NCBI RefSeq assembly: GCF_037042905.1
Contig: NC_087249.1
Coordinates: 33,170,001 to 33,234,000 of the forward strand
DNA length: 64,000 nucleotides
Origin: Lytechinus pictus
Lineage: Eukaryota
Reading direction: 5' to 3'
The notes beneath the pieces are model-generated. The model saw only the letters and a list, made by a program, of their open reading frames with translations, ran no database searches and had not been told where the DNA came from. Position 1 is the first letter of the stretch, and each line of letters begins with the position of its first letter. Of this stretch, positions 1 to 12,171 are shown piece after piece. A program made the position numbers and the translations under genes.

Positions 1-462
1 TTGACAATATAAGCACAATTTTAATTGTAAGACAACAGCTGAGTATGGAGTTGGTATCACAATAATAATAATAATATTAATAATAATAATAACAATAATA
101 ATATATGCGAACATAGCACTTAATATGAGACATTCGAATATGAGCATAAGGGTTAATGTCATTGATTTTGTGGGTCCTAAAAGCTATTCACTTTTCCTGT
201 TGTATAATCAAAGATTCATTAAAAACACAGGGGGAAATAACAAAATTTTGATATTTATATACTATAAAAAGAAAGCAAGTTCCATTTCCCTAATCACACA
301 TGCATTGTTAAATGGGTTTTTTTAATCTGTTTTTTTTATGAAGGAGCCCAATTGTCAAGGTTTGTCAGTACAGTGGGGGTAATCATCTCCCAAAGCTGTC
401 AATCGACCCAGCTGTCAGTAAATGTTGATGTCTCAGTAATTAATATATTGTGACGACTCTAC

Positions 463-569
463 CTGTTAATGACAGGCACAATTTCTTCTGCCTGAGCCAC
501 TGCCAAGGATCCATCAATAAAATCATTCTGTACATCAACTGCTATCAGAGCTGCTTTGGGTTGAAGAAT
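463..569 (-). CDS. Naam: Nicotinamidase (EF-hand type) coding exon 4; start of the isochorismatase-like catalytic domain; gene continues left of the window
   Basis: Translates ILQPKAALIAVDVQNDFIDGSLAVAQAEEIVPVIN(R), containing the nicotinamidase/pyrazinamidase DxQNDF..GSL motif. Acceptor ttttgatgttag, donor AG|gtagag; 107 nt, starts in phase 0. Not in the ORF track. Confidence 0.93.
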
Positions 570-675
570 CTAACATCAAAAGAATGACAGACATAGGCAG
601 TAATTAAGAAAATGGTAACATCTTTTCCGGCAAATGAATTACATATACATATACTTCCAAGTGATTTTTTTTTAA

Positions 676-1261
676 AGGAGAATGAAACCCTTGAAACCAG
701 CTGAATCCATATCAAAGAGAAAAATCAAAGAAACATATTGTTGAAAGTTTGAGGAAGATTGAATGAATAATAAGAAAGTTATGAGCATTTGAATATTGAG
801 ATCACTAATGCCATGTAGATCCTCCCATTGGCAATGCGACCAAGATCTGTGATGTCACACACGTACAACTCCCTCATTGCTTTAGTACTTATTTCACTTA
901 TATTCTCACTTTTATAGAATCTATCACAAGGTGAGGTGTTCTCTTTATATGAGAGGACAAGTACAGATGTTTCACATCATTATATCATTGATGAATTGTT
1001 TGTCATATGATAAGAATGAGCAAAAAGAGATGTTTTGGGGTATATTTTCAGTGTCCAAAAGGGAAGAGTTGTTCATCTGTGATATCATAGATCTTGGTTG
1101 CGTTGCCAATGGGAGGATCTCCATAGCATTAGTGATCTCGACATTCAAATGCTCATAACTCTTCTATTGCTAGTCCTATTTTACTCAAACTTTTGTTGAT
1201 CTTATTCTTTGATTTTTCTGCTTTCACAAAAGCTAACTTGCTCCAAGAGTTTCATTCTCCT
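676..1261. mobile_element. Kolobok-like MITE family A, copy 1
   Basis: TTAA|AGGAGAATGAAAC...GTTTCATTCTCCT|TTAA, i.e. TTAA target with purine-start termini. Near-identical copies at 47920 and 58527. Confidence 0.88.
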
Positions 1262-1598
1262 TTAAGTACCGGTAAAGTCTACATGTATATATGTGTGAAA
1301 ATGTACTCCAACTGCTGCAATTATGAGATGCTACATGTATAATGCAATGCGAGGGGGGGGGGTAATTGCTATGAAATACACAAAAATGTAGATGATAGAC
1401 AACTAAATACACTTTTTAGCCCTTCTCTTGAAGAACTCAATAGTCAGATCAGTATACATGTACATGTACAACACTGATGGAAGTTTTGACATTTTTGGCT
1501 TCCCATGATTTTAGCACAGAGTTTAATTAGACCATGGTCTCAGTTAAACCCCACTTCATAATACAGGCCACTGTTCAAACTTTTCTTGAAGTATTTAA

Positions 1599-2003
1599 AG
1601 ATAAATTATGGCAGTTCGGTACCTAACGATCTCAAAATGACTTTTACAGAATCCAATAAAATGACCACCCAAGTGTCTGTTTGTATGAATAAAAAATATG
1701 TGCCAAAGGATTCTGGAAGAAATTGTGTAATTGCTGAGAAATAAGCAAAATAAGCGCGGATTCGGGCACTTCCGTCTGGTCTTTATTCCAGCAATAATGA
1801 TATACACTGTCCCATGTGTGCCTACCTGTGTTGGCGATCTTCAGTGTGATCGTTTATCAGCTTAGAATTTATGATTTCACAAAGTTCAGTTTATGTAACT
1901 GCACCAGATCTAGATCCACGATGATATAGTAATACTTCACCTTGGTTTTACAGACTTTCTCACGAAATCAGTGTTTCACTGCAACTACTTTCATTTTATA
2001 GCT
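1599..2003. mobile_element. TTAA-flanked Kolobok-like element family B, copy 1
   Basis: TTAA|AGATAAAT...ATAGCT|TTAA; ~400 bp with short imperfect TIRs. Copies at 10269 and 59509. Confidence 0.85.
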
Positions 2004-2860
2004 TTAACAGAAAGCTCAGTCTATCTGCATAAGCTGTTGGAAGTGTTGATCATTAAGGTGGATTGTTTCACTGTTCTCTATAAAGATAATTTTACCCTGG
2101 CCTATACTTCATGTGTCTATCCATGTTTTCTCATGTCTTCATGAGCACTGAGCAAAAAACTGAGGAAGTAGTTCAATCTGCAAGATTTTCAATTGACCAA
2201 CCACCTGGCTGCATGCTCATTCCAACATGTACAGTATCCCTTGAAACGTTGTTTAGCAGGGGTATTTACTTAAAAATGTAGACATAAATAAAGTACCAAT
2301 ACATGTGCATGAAGAACTCATTGACTTTATATTGCAGATATAAACTAAAAGGGAAAAACCAGGGGAGCTTTGACCTTGCACTTGATGCTCCACATGTTGA
2401 TTAAACTTTCCTAATGGAGGAAATACTTCCTTCACATTTAAAAATGTTGACAGTGTGTTACCATGGCAACTAACAGCTAAAAAACACTACCCTGGGAAGC
2501 CCTCTAATGGGAAATGCAAACATGTTATCTTAAGCTACTACTAATTGCTTAGTTTTGGTCTATTGAACTCTACTGCTTTGGACAGGGGATCCAATCATGA
2601 GTAAATGGGGGGGGGGGGCAGGGCAATTCAAGAAATATCAGGAACAGAGGCAAATTTATGCAACCTCCATACCCGTGTACATGTACTTGCAGTTATCTGT
2701 ACTTTAAGACTCAGAGAGAGCATATAGCTCTCATAAAAACACTACAAACAAGTTTTTAAAAATTGTATGCACAATATATACACAAAACTATGCAACTAAA
2801 ATGTGAGATATGATGTATGTTGTTGAAAAATTGATCCAACACTGGCATGTACAGTACTAA

Positions 2861-3243
2861 AAGGAGTAATCCGGGCTGAATTATACCTAGATCTTTATAG
2901 AGTAAAATTCACTGAGCAAAATGCTGAAAATTTTATCTATATCTGATAAACAAATAATGAAGTTATTGAATTTGAAAATATTTGTGAAAACAATTTTATG
3001 CACTTTGTCATGAATATTCATTAGGTGGGCAGATGATGTCATGTGCTCACTTTCATCCTCTTACTTTATGTTATCACATGAAACCATAAATATTGTATAT
3101 TCTTAGATATATGTGGGTATGGTATGTCTCCCTTATAAGTTGAAGCAGTGAACATATCTAATGCTTCAAACTCAGTTGTCAATCCATTTTTTTTTTGGAG
3201 GACAACATTTGAATAAATTATATTTTCAGCCTGAATTGCCCCT
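2861..3243. mobile_element. Degraded Kolobok-like MITE family E
   Basis: AAGGAGTAATCCGGGCTGAA...TTCAGCCTGAATTGCCCCT|TTAA; related to 60985-61530. Confidence 0.6.
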
Positions 3244-3953
3244 TTAACGTGATCACATTTCATCTGTTGGTTTAGCTGAAGAATGTTGATGGAACAAATT
3301 ATAAAAAGTTAACTGTAGTTGGAGTTTATGGTGTAATTTTTACTCAATTAGACAAATGGATCGTGACTGTAATGCTGTTTAATCACCCCTTAATGAATCA
3401 AGTGGCCTTTCATGATATTAGCCTCTTTAATACTGATCACATTGTAAACATGACCATATGAAGATGTAAAATGTAACAAATTAATTTCATAATAACATCA
3501 TAAAATACCCCATTCCCTTCTCTCTCTCTTCTTCTTCCCACTCATCCTTTATTTTTTATCATTTACATTATTTTTTATGACAGATGTACTTTACCGACTA
3601 GACAGGAATAACCGTCGTTTCTGGGGATTTATTTAACAATTTCTGACATTTTACTATAATCCCCATTCACCGACGGTAGTGTGTTAGTGCGAGCCTGCAT
3701 GTGTAGGCCTAATCGGGTCAGCAATTCGGGCGACCGGGTTTGGCCGGAGAGGAAAAAATGGCAGCCATGTGTTGCTGCCCTCTACGTTCAACGAGTTGTG
3801 CTTTTATCAAGGCTTTCCGATTAAATTTTAGATATCCTGGCCAATCAATGCGAGCGACAAGTTCCGAACGCACGCACATCTACAAGCGCAAAGCAGCGGC
3901 ACAAATCGCGATTTATAGCGACTGGTAAATACGTCTGTAAGGATGACGTCATC

Positions 3954-4482
3954 CAAGATGGCATCTTACATTGACCAACGAAAGGATCGAAGATGACTAT
4001 GTTTCGATCATCATTTGAAAGGAATTAGCTGTAACTGGGGTCTGAGGTACGATATTTCTGAATTTTATATATTTTTTCGTAAGTTTGAATGTACTTTCTT
4101 TTTTATAATGTGACATTTTATGTACAAAAAAACGATCTGAAAATTGGGTTTCCGCCGAATGTTAGATCTAACGTTACTGCTAATACGTTGGCTGAACGTA
4201 TGGGCCAATAACTCTTCAGTCAAGATGGCAACTTACATTGACCAACGAAAGGATCGAAGATGACTATGTTTCGATCATCATTTGAAAGGAATTAGCTGTA
4301 ACTGGGGTCTGAGGTACGATATTTCTGAATTTTATATATTTTTACGTAAGTTTGAATGTACTTTCTTTTTTATAATGTGACATTTTATGTATAAAAAAAC
4401 GATCTGAAAATTGGGTTTCCGCCGAATGTTAGATCTAACGTTACTGCTAAAACGTTGGCTGAACGTATGGGCCAATAACTCT
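3954..4482. repeat. Tandem duplication, two ~262-bp near-identical units (period 267)
   Basis: 3954-4215 and 4221-4482 both start CAAGATGGCA and end GGGCCAATAACTCT, differing at only a few positions. Confidence 0.95.
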
Positions 4483-4706
4483 GAAGTATTGGTAAGTGGA
4501 GCCAACGCAGTTCAGCGGAACAACCAAAATACAGAGACTGAAGCTTTTGGTCTATTTACCGACATGAAGGCAAAAATGTACAGAAAATGGTGCCCCCCCC
4601 CCTCAGAAAAATGTGATATATCTGTACACATGCCAATTTTAGTTTTGGGAGGAGTTATCTGAAGCATAAAAAGAAATGAAGATTGTACATGTAGTTCAAT
4701 ACTTGC

Positions 4707-4763
4707 CATAGGTAACCAGTATCTCCATAGGATATGAAATTCCTCCCTGTCAATGTAGTTATC
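4707..4763 (-). CDS. Naam: Nicotinamidase coding exon 3 (second EF-hand), ending at a GC donor
   Basis: DNYIDREEFHILWRYWLPM; with exon 2 it completes the EF-hand loop DDNQDNYIDREE. Acceptor ttttcacag; donor ATG|GCAAGT gives phase 0, matching exon 4. Confidence 0.88.
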
Positions 4764-5442
4764 CTGTGAAAACAAATGATCATTAAAGCTACTAAATAAA
4801 TGTGATTCATATAGATAAAAAAAAAAGAATAACAACTTAAAAAATTGAGCATTTTCATCGAACAGGAGTTCAGTGATGCATAGATACATGTACATGATAC
4901 AGCAAAATATTTCAAATGACTTAATTTACAACTATCCGAAATTGAAGCAAAACAAGATTTTTTTTTATTAAAAAAAAAGAGGTTAAAAATTACCAACCTC
5001 AATATGAACATTTCTTATAAAAGAATCAAATGATTCCATGCAGGACAATACAAAGTTGACTGTATATTCCTTCACCAAGATATTTATCTATCTATGTACA
5101 TGTACATCGTACTGCTTTCAACTCAAATGAAGTACCTGGCAAGATTAATTCATTTGTATGCACCAAATGCTGGAAACTACAGCTGGAGTTACAACCAAGG
5201 TATAGGGTACTGCTGAAAAGGCAAAGTTCTAAATATTGTACATACTATATACCTCTGAACATATAAAAATTGCTATAATTATAATGCCTCACTTTATCTA
5301 CTGTAATATACAGGTCTACCATCCCCTCCCCGCCCCTCTCCCCCATCCCACCTACCCACCCCATGCCTAAAAATATCCCCCACCCTCCACCATCCCCTTG
5401 TCACATACAGTATATCATCATCATTTATCTTGCTTTGAATAC

Positions 5443-5569
5443 CTGATTATCATCTAGCTGTTCAAATATCCGTCTTGATTCTGTTTCTGTGAGAGGAAAA
5501 CTCTTGCCATCTCCTACAAAAAGATCAAGACACATCTCATGAAATTCATCTTGGTCTAACCTGCCATCC
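5443..5569 (-). CDS. Naam: Nicotinamidase coding exon 2 (EF-hand region)
   Basis: (G)DGRLDQDEFHEMCLDLFVGDGKSFPLTETESRRIFEQLDDNQ. Acceptor ttctttttcag, donor CAG|gtattc; 127 nt, phases fit exons 1 and 3. Confidence 0.9.
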
Positions 5570-6077
5570 CTGAAAAAGAAAAGGTTAAGGAATAAAAAAA
5601 AGAAAGGTAGAACTTCATGAAATACATAATCATACTTCTTAACAAAATTTATGATGAATATCTGCAAATTTTTTGCAATAATTGATATAAGGGATACCAT
5701 ACGCAATATGATTTTTTCATTTTTGTAAAAATTGCACATTTTCATATCACTTAGCTTCATAATCAGTTATATGGCATAAATTGTATCTTCAAAGTATTTA
5801 CATGTATATAATTTCTTCCCTTTCCTTCTTGTTCTTCTTCTCTTCCTTGTTCTAGTTGTCACTCTCTTTGCCTCATTCACTTTGCTATATTATTCATACT
5901 CCTCAAATTTATATTTCTATGTTTCAATTTTCATTATATTATCTTAAAATGATTTGTCTTTTTCTCACTTTCATTTTTATTATTTTCACAAACATGTAGC
6001 TAGTTTTGTTTCAGACTTCCTTTTTTTGGAGGGGGGGGGGGGTAAAATTTCCTGATTTTTAGTAACATGTACATGTA

Positions 6078-6228
6078 GGGGGTATGAATTGTACATGACA
6101 AGTTGTCAGATCTGACATCTTTCTCTGATGTTGATTGGCTGAGAGGTATTGTTACTATGGTAACTGTCGGATAAAATGGGACTTGTCGGATAAAACGTCC
6201 GACAAGTACTTTCATGAAACGCCCCCCT
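6078..6228. mobile_element. Short MITE family J (further degraded copies at ~22653-22827 and ~23021-23163)
   Basis: Three loci share the core ctgacatcttt..ctga..ttgattggctg..ctatggtaactgtc.gataaaa..ggacttgtc.gat.aaacgtc.gacaagt..tttcatg. Confidence 0.7.
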
Positions 6229-6624
6229 GGACTCAAGACTATCCTTAATTAACAGACTAATTGCTGAGCTATTGATGGATAGCTGCCTAGCTGCCTACCG
6301 ACTTGCATATAATGTACTGATCTGGTTAATACACAGAGATGCATTAATGGATTAGAAAACCAACAGGCAATCCAGTGGGCACTCACCCCTATCCATTCGG
6401 AAAAAAAAAAAAACAATACAAACTCAAAGTACCATCACTGGATGATTAAATGGGAGAATAACCAGGGACTGATGATACCTGTAGTTGGTATGGATGATGT
6501 ACATGTAATGTGACAAGATGACAGTATTTCAACTGGCTGAGAGACTTTGACATACATGTAGATACCGGTACATTTCAAAAGATATTAAATGAATCATTAA
6601 TTAAAAGGAAGATATTTCAATTGT

Positions 6625-6800
6625 GGGGGCATCGTGGTCTGGTAGTCTGACTCTCGATCGTCTAGGGCTCAAACAGAGGGTCTTTGGTTTGAATCCCATC
6701 CATGTTTTCCTTTAGCAATAAATTTATCAACAATGTGCTGCACCCAACCCAGGTGAGACGAATTTGTACCTGGCAGAACTACTTCCTTTGAATGCAACAA
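6625..6800 (+). mobile_element. Old tRNA-derived SINE
   Basis: Degenerate A box (TGGTCTGGTAG) and B box (GGTTTGAATCCC), then a tgctgcacccaacccaggtga..gtacctggcag core. Confidence 0.5.
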
Positions 6801-7747
6801 GGTAAAGCTGGTGTATAGTGACCTTTTGAAAAGGCAACAAGATAAATGTCACTTGAAGTATGTATTATAGTTTACTCAGAATTTTCAATAAACATTACAA
6901 AATGACTTATAAAATGGCAGGATGTTTACCCTTATCTACTGAAAGGCCTTATCATTTTGAAAAACATTTTGAAAATGTTTTCAGTCAGTATTTCGGCACT
7001 GCATGCTACCTTAGGGATAAACACTAAACACCCAGGTACTTAAGAAATTTGAGATCTGCAAAAGGTACATACATGTGTATGTATTAAAGGCAAAGGGCAT
7101 TAACTTAACAATTGATGCAAAATATCTATAGTGCACACAAGGAATAACACATAATAAATTCCATATTCCTATGTCAATAAAGCTTCTCAATTCTTGCATT
7201 GGGTGATTTGGGGAATTTGCAAAGTCAATGCCTTCTCTAAATCATGCAATGACATTTTACAAAGCTGAGAAATGGACATTGTACTGAATCAAGGAAATAA
7301 GGTGCTCTGATGTAGTGTACACCGTAGAAGCTCTTTGATTTCAACAATGGAAGTTTGTCTACAATTCTTGACATGATTTGCATACAATAAAGACTGGTCA
7401 GATGATAGGTACCATACATGAAGGCCCAACATGTTTGCATTTTTTTTATCACGAGGATGGAAAAGGCTGTGACAAAAGATTTAAAAAAAAATAATAATAC
7501 TGGTATATTTGAAAGAATACATGTAGTCCTTGTCATTTCATTAAGAAAATAACAAAGATCTAATCACAAGAGGTGTGTAGTCAATCATATTTCATTTGAA
7601 CGGATTATACTGTACTTTCTTTACCTTGGAATATACATTTTTTCAACCACAATGTATATTTTGGTGGGAGCACATCTAGCTTAGCATGCATGATGTACTG
7701 TTATTTTTTAAATTATTTTTACTGCCCAAGACCACAGTTGTGCAAGT

Positions 7748-8314
7748 CCCGGGGGGGGGGGGGGGGGGGGGCCATTTACATTGACGAGTGGATACCATGC
7801 GCGACCAAAAAAAACACGTAAAAAGGATGTCTTTTTCAAGATAGGGCACGTTACGTACGTAACGTGATAAGGGTGTCAAAAACACCAAAAAATTTCGCTA
7901 GGAAAGCTACGTGTTTAGGGTCAAATTTACGGGGATGATAAAACAAAATTAAAATATTAAAGGATGTCCTTTTTGCCCAACACTACATGTTTAGAGTCCG
8001 ATTTGAGAGAGGTGATGTGGAAGGTGGGGCCATAATAAACCAAATGGTGTACGTGTTAAGGTAAAACCGACGACCGACGGACCCGTACGTGACATAACAA
8101 TAAATTATCGCTGTACTTGTTTAGGGGTTCATTTCAGAGAATACTTGCTAAGAGTATCGTTTTGTTTCCAATACTTGTTAAGGGTAGGGTTTCACACGCC
8201 AATACTTGTTAAGGGGTGCATTTTCAGAATATGGAAAATACGTGTTTAGGGTGCTTTTCGAGACCCCATGGTCACGCATGGTATTCACTCGTCAATGGAA
8301 GTGGCCCCCCCGGG
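7748..8314 (+). mobile_element. Non-autonomous DNA transposon family F (CCCGGG/poly-G TIRs, 8-bp TSD), copy 1
   Basis: TIR CCCG(n)CCA.TT.CATTGACGAGTG.ATACCATGCG.GACCA; perfect TSD GTGCAAGT at 7740-7747 and 8315-8322. Confidence 0.92.
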
Positions 8315-8658
8315 GTGCAAGTAGAAGTTTAGAACAGCTCATTGTTGTACCAAACATCACTATTCTAATAAGTTACATGTACCAGCATTAGACATTGCAC
8401 TTTTATTCTCTAAGGACTTCAAGTCCACTATCACTGTATCAGCACAAAATATAAAAAGCTATTAAAACTCCAGGGCTGGTAGCCTAATCAACTTGAATTA
8501 TAAAGCCAGAATTTAAGTATTTTAATCAGAATTTGTATTAAAAAAACTTCTTTGGTATTCTCAATCTTCTTTTTTGGCTTAGAAGTATTTTGCTTATGTA
8601 CATGTACATGTAAAACTAAGTTAGCAGCCTACATGGCTAAAGTATGGCTTACGTGCAG

Positions 8659-8927
8659 CAGTGGCTTACAGACGGGGGAGGGGCTTGAGGAAGCTTCCCC
8701 ACCCCCCCCAAAAAAAAAAAGATCGAGGAAAAAAGAGAAGAGGAAAGAGAGAAGGGTGAAATATGATACCAGTGCCATTTTCTGAATATTATATCAAAAT
8801 CAATCACAAAATTTGATTTTTGTAGTAATAAAAATGCAGATATTTATGCTCGCTCTCAACTTTTTACAAATTTTGCCCAATTCGCCATATTTGGCCCCCT
8901 AAAAAGTTTTGACTCATTATGCCACTT
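8659..8927. mobile_element. hAT-like MITE
   Basis: CAGTGGCTTA...TATGCCACTT termini; 8-bp TSD ACGTGCAG/ACGTGTAG (7 of 8 match). Confidence 0.7.
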
Positions 8928-10268
8928 ACGTGTAGTTAACAAATGTACATATGTATGCATGCGCAGTCATACATTCTGCGTACAGGGTGGATACATGTAC
9001 ATTGTGCATTGCGCATTGTTTTGCTTACATGTACACTTTATAACATCACAATTAGTACGGTACATTAAGTACAGTGTCTGTTGAAATTCTGAAGGTAAAA
9101 TTAAAAACAATTTTCTTTTTTTTCTAGAAAATGACATCTGATTTTACTGATTTTTTTACATATTTTTACAATACATATAGAAAGCTGCTCGCACACGACA
9201 ATAAAAAACTTAAAATTATTTTAACCTTTAAATTTTTTTGATGGAATAAAAACCTTCACCAATATATTTTATTAGTTTTTCTGTTATTTTTTTACACTAA
9301 AATTTTGGGTAAACTTCCCCTTTAAATCCTACAGTCTATAGACTACAGACAGTATCACAACAAATTATACTGTGTATCTTTGTTTTTTAAATGTTATGGC
9401 AGTGAGTCCAAACTTTGCGTGTGTCAATACAAGTACATTGTACATGTACAGTAATGTACTTCGCGGACGGTCATTATCTTAAAAACTATCCAATATCTTT
9501 AAAATCATACACCATCAATGTGAAAGCAACCTAAAATTACCCTCTAGCACTTTAATCAGTTTGTTCAGGATGAGTTCAGTATTCATGAAAATATTGACAA
9601 AAGATCTGCAAATTTGTCACCGTTAGAGCCCATTCCGAAGAAATCTTAATTGCTCAACAAGCATCACGATATCATCGTTTTGCAAACAAATATCATTAAA
9701 AAATGTGAGTTAAATGTGGAACTGACCGATTCTATAGCATTTTGCCGTTAATCTATATCTCACCTTTAAGAGCTTCAGTTATTCTTTAAATATAAAAAAA
9801 AACTTTGGTCCACAAAGTTAGGTCACACTTTTTCAAAATGGTTTTCCATCACAGTGCAAATTCGTCGATCAGAATAGAATTTTGAGATCGCGATTCCGGC
9901 GAAAACCCTTGACCTACTGTACATGTACTTCACATTTTGTCGATAATTTTATACGTTACGATCTTTCTGTCAATTTGATAGCTATTATTTGAATTGTTTG
10001 TTTTATGAAATTTGAATATTTTAAAACAAATTTAGCTTAATGAATATTTTTCAAATGTCCGTGAAGTTTGGACACCCCAACAATGAACATACATTACTTG
10101 CAAAATGATCTTTTTTCAATGCAGAAAGCTGTAAGTCGTACAAATTATTCATACTTTCATGAACAATGATTCAAGCACACTGTATAGGCTATGTCCAAAA
10201 TATATTGTAGTCCTGGTATTTTAAATGTATTAAAAATCAGTCTCTGGACACAAAAACAATATTCTTAA

Positions 10269-10667
10269 AGATAAATGCCAGTTGTGGTACCTAACGATCT
10301 CAAAATGACTTTTTACAGAATCCAATATAATGACCACCCAAGTGTCTGTTTGTATGAATAAAAAATATGTGCCAAAGAATTCTGGAAGATATTGTGTTAT
10401 TGCTGAGAAATAAGCAAAATAAGCGCAGATTCTGGCACTTCCGTCGGGTCTTTATACCAGCAATAATAATACACTGTCCCACGTGTGCCTATCTGTGTTG
10501 GCGATCTTCAGTGTGATCGTATTTCAGCTTAGATTTTATAATTTCACAAAGTTCAGTTTATGTAACTGCACCAGATCTAGATCCACGATGATATAGTCAT
10601 ACTTAACCTTGGTTTTACAGACTTTCTCACGAAATCAGTGTTTTACTGCAACTACTTTCATTTAGCT
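10269..10667. mobile_element. Kolobok-like element family B, copy 2
   Basis: High identity to 1599-2003; TTAA on both sides. Confidence 0.85.
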
Positions 10668-12070
10668 TTAATCTCACATACATGAAGTCAATTGTAATAC
10701 TTACCAAACACTTTTTGGAGATTCATCATTCAACCAAACAAACACATTATTTTCTTAAAATTAATCTCACTATATTGTATCATGTATATATACAATTACC
10801 TAAAAAAAATAAAGATATACAATTTTTGCCGAGATCAATTCCTTTTTTATATCAGTTCCTATTGCACCCATCTACCGTATCTTTGCATGTGAAATATTTA
10901 GGCCATTTGAAAATAGTATCCGACATGTATGGTAGTGGATCGTATTACCGAACACTTTTCATGAATTCAATCATATCAAACACATTACTCTCATAAAATT
11001 CACCAAACTTCCACCATAAATACACAATTACCTACAAAATATAAATATGTAAAAATTTTGCCAAAATCGTTTGTCCCTTTTATGATATAAGCTTCCAATC
11101 GGACCCCTCTTCGCATGTGAAATATTTTGGTCACTTGAAAAAGGTATCGTATTACCGAACGTGTGTTTTCTATGGGAAAAGTTGTGAAAAAAACAAAATC
11201 ACTGATGAGCTATTTTGAGCATATTTTATTATTTTTAGAATATTAAGACTTTGAAAATGTGTTTTTGACAATTTTCATCATCTTTCTATTCAAGTTCCCT
11301 TTGAAAGGATGTTACAAAATTTTGAGCGTATGAAATTATTTTCTGACGCGTACGATGTGCGCGTTCGGTAATACAAGGCCGGTCGGTAATACAATCACTC
11401 ACTGTACATGTAGGATGGGGGGTCGGGTGTCCGGACACTTTATATTTTTGATGCATTCTTTTTTGTCTTTGGATTACACTAAAAATATGACTTCAAATAG
11501 TTGTAATCATCTTCTATTTTGTTCTCTATAATATTTCCTAACACTTTGTACTAAAAATTGATGAAACTTCGCTTGTAAATTTTTCCACAACCTGTCCGGA
11601 CACACAACAACTGGGTATACATACTGAACGTGTGCTTTCTGCGGGAGAAGATAGAAAATTAACAAAATCTTTGAGCTAATTTTACCATATTTTGCTATTT
11701 TGAAAAATACTTGGCCCTTTTCCATCTTCCTTCCATTCATTCAAAGAAAAAAGGTTGTTGCATTGCCTACTTGTATCAAATTATTTTCTGACATGCCGGC
11801 AGTTTGGTAATCATGTTTTTAGTTGATTATTTGTGAACTCTGCTGAGTCTGTAACTACCCTGTAATTTGTAACTGTGTAAGTAATCTTTGATTGAAATTC
11901 AATTTGAATATTAAATTATTGATCACCTTCTTTATCAAGACTCAAGTTCATTGATAGTTTATTACAGTGTAGTTGTGCACAAATTATGGTCACTGCACAA
12001 GCACCATCATGATAAATTAAAGGCCTCTTTCTAAGTAAGTTTAAGTAAAGTAAATAAATATTTTTCTAAC

Positions 12071-12171
12071 CCTCTTTTGTTGTAGCGTTTCAAACACGTT
12101 GCCTCTTTCTCACGATTTCCAGAGAAAGACAGATCATTCTTGAGATTATCGAAGAAGTTTTCTGCAGACAT
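12071..12171 (-). CDS. Naam: Nicotinamidase coding exon 1 (start codon)
   Basis: ATG at 12171 with an in-frame TAG 12 nt upstream. MSAENFFDNLKNDLSFSGNREKEATCLKRYNKR-GG|gttag; the GG joins the first G of exon 2 to build the EF-hand loop NKRGDGRLDQDE. Lies in a CpG-rich segment. Confidence 0.82.

Noticed and set aside
3990-4046. Box C/D snoRNA-like segment (ATGACT...CTGA) in the duplicated unit
   Set aside because: The C box does not match RTGATGA, no terminal stem is evident, and it is antisense to the host intron.
9459-11620. Additional transposon remnants (ACTTCGCGGAC/GTCCGTGAAGT inverted pair; repeated CGTATTACCGAAC motifs ending CACTG|TA at ~11405; GTCCGGACAC repeats)
   Set aside because: Probably real decayed elements, but both ends and TSDs could not be fixed, so they are not listed as features.
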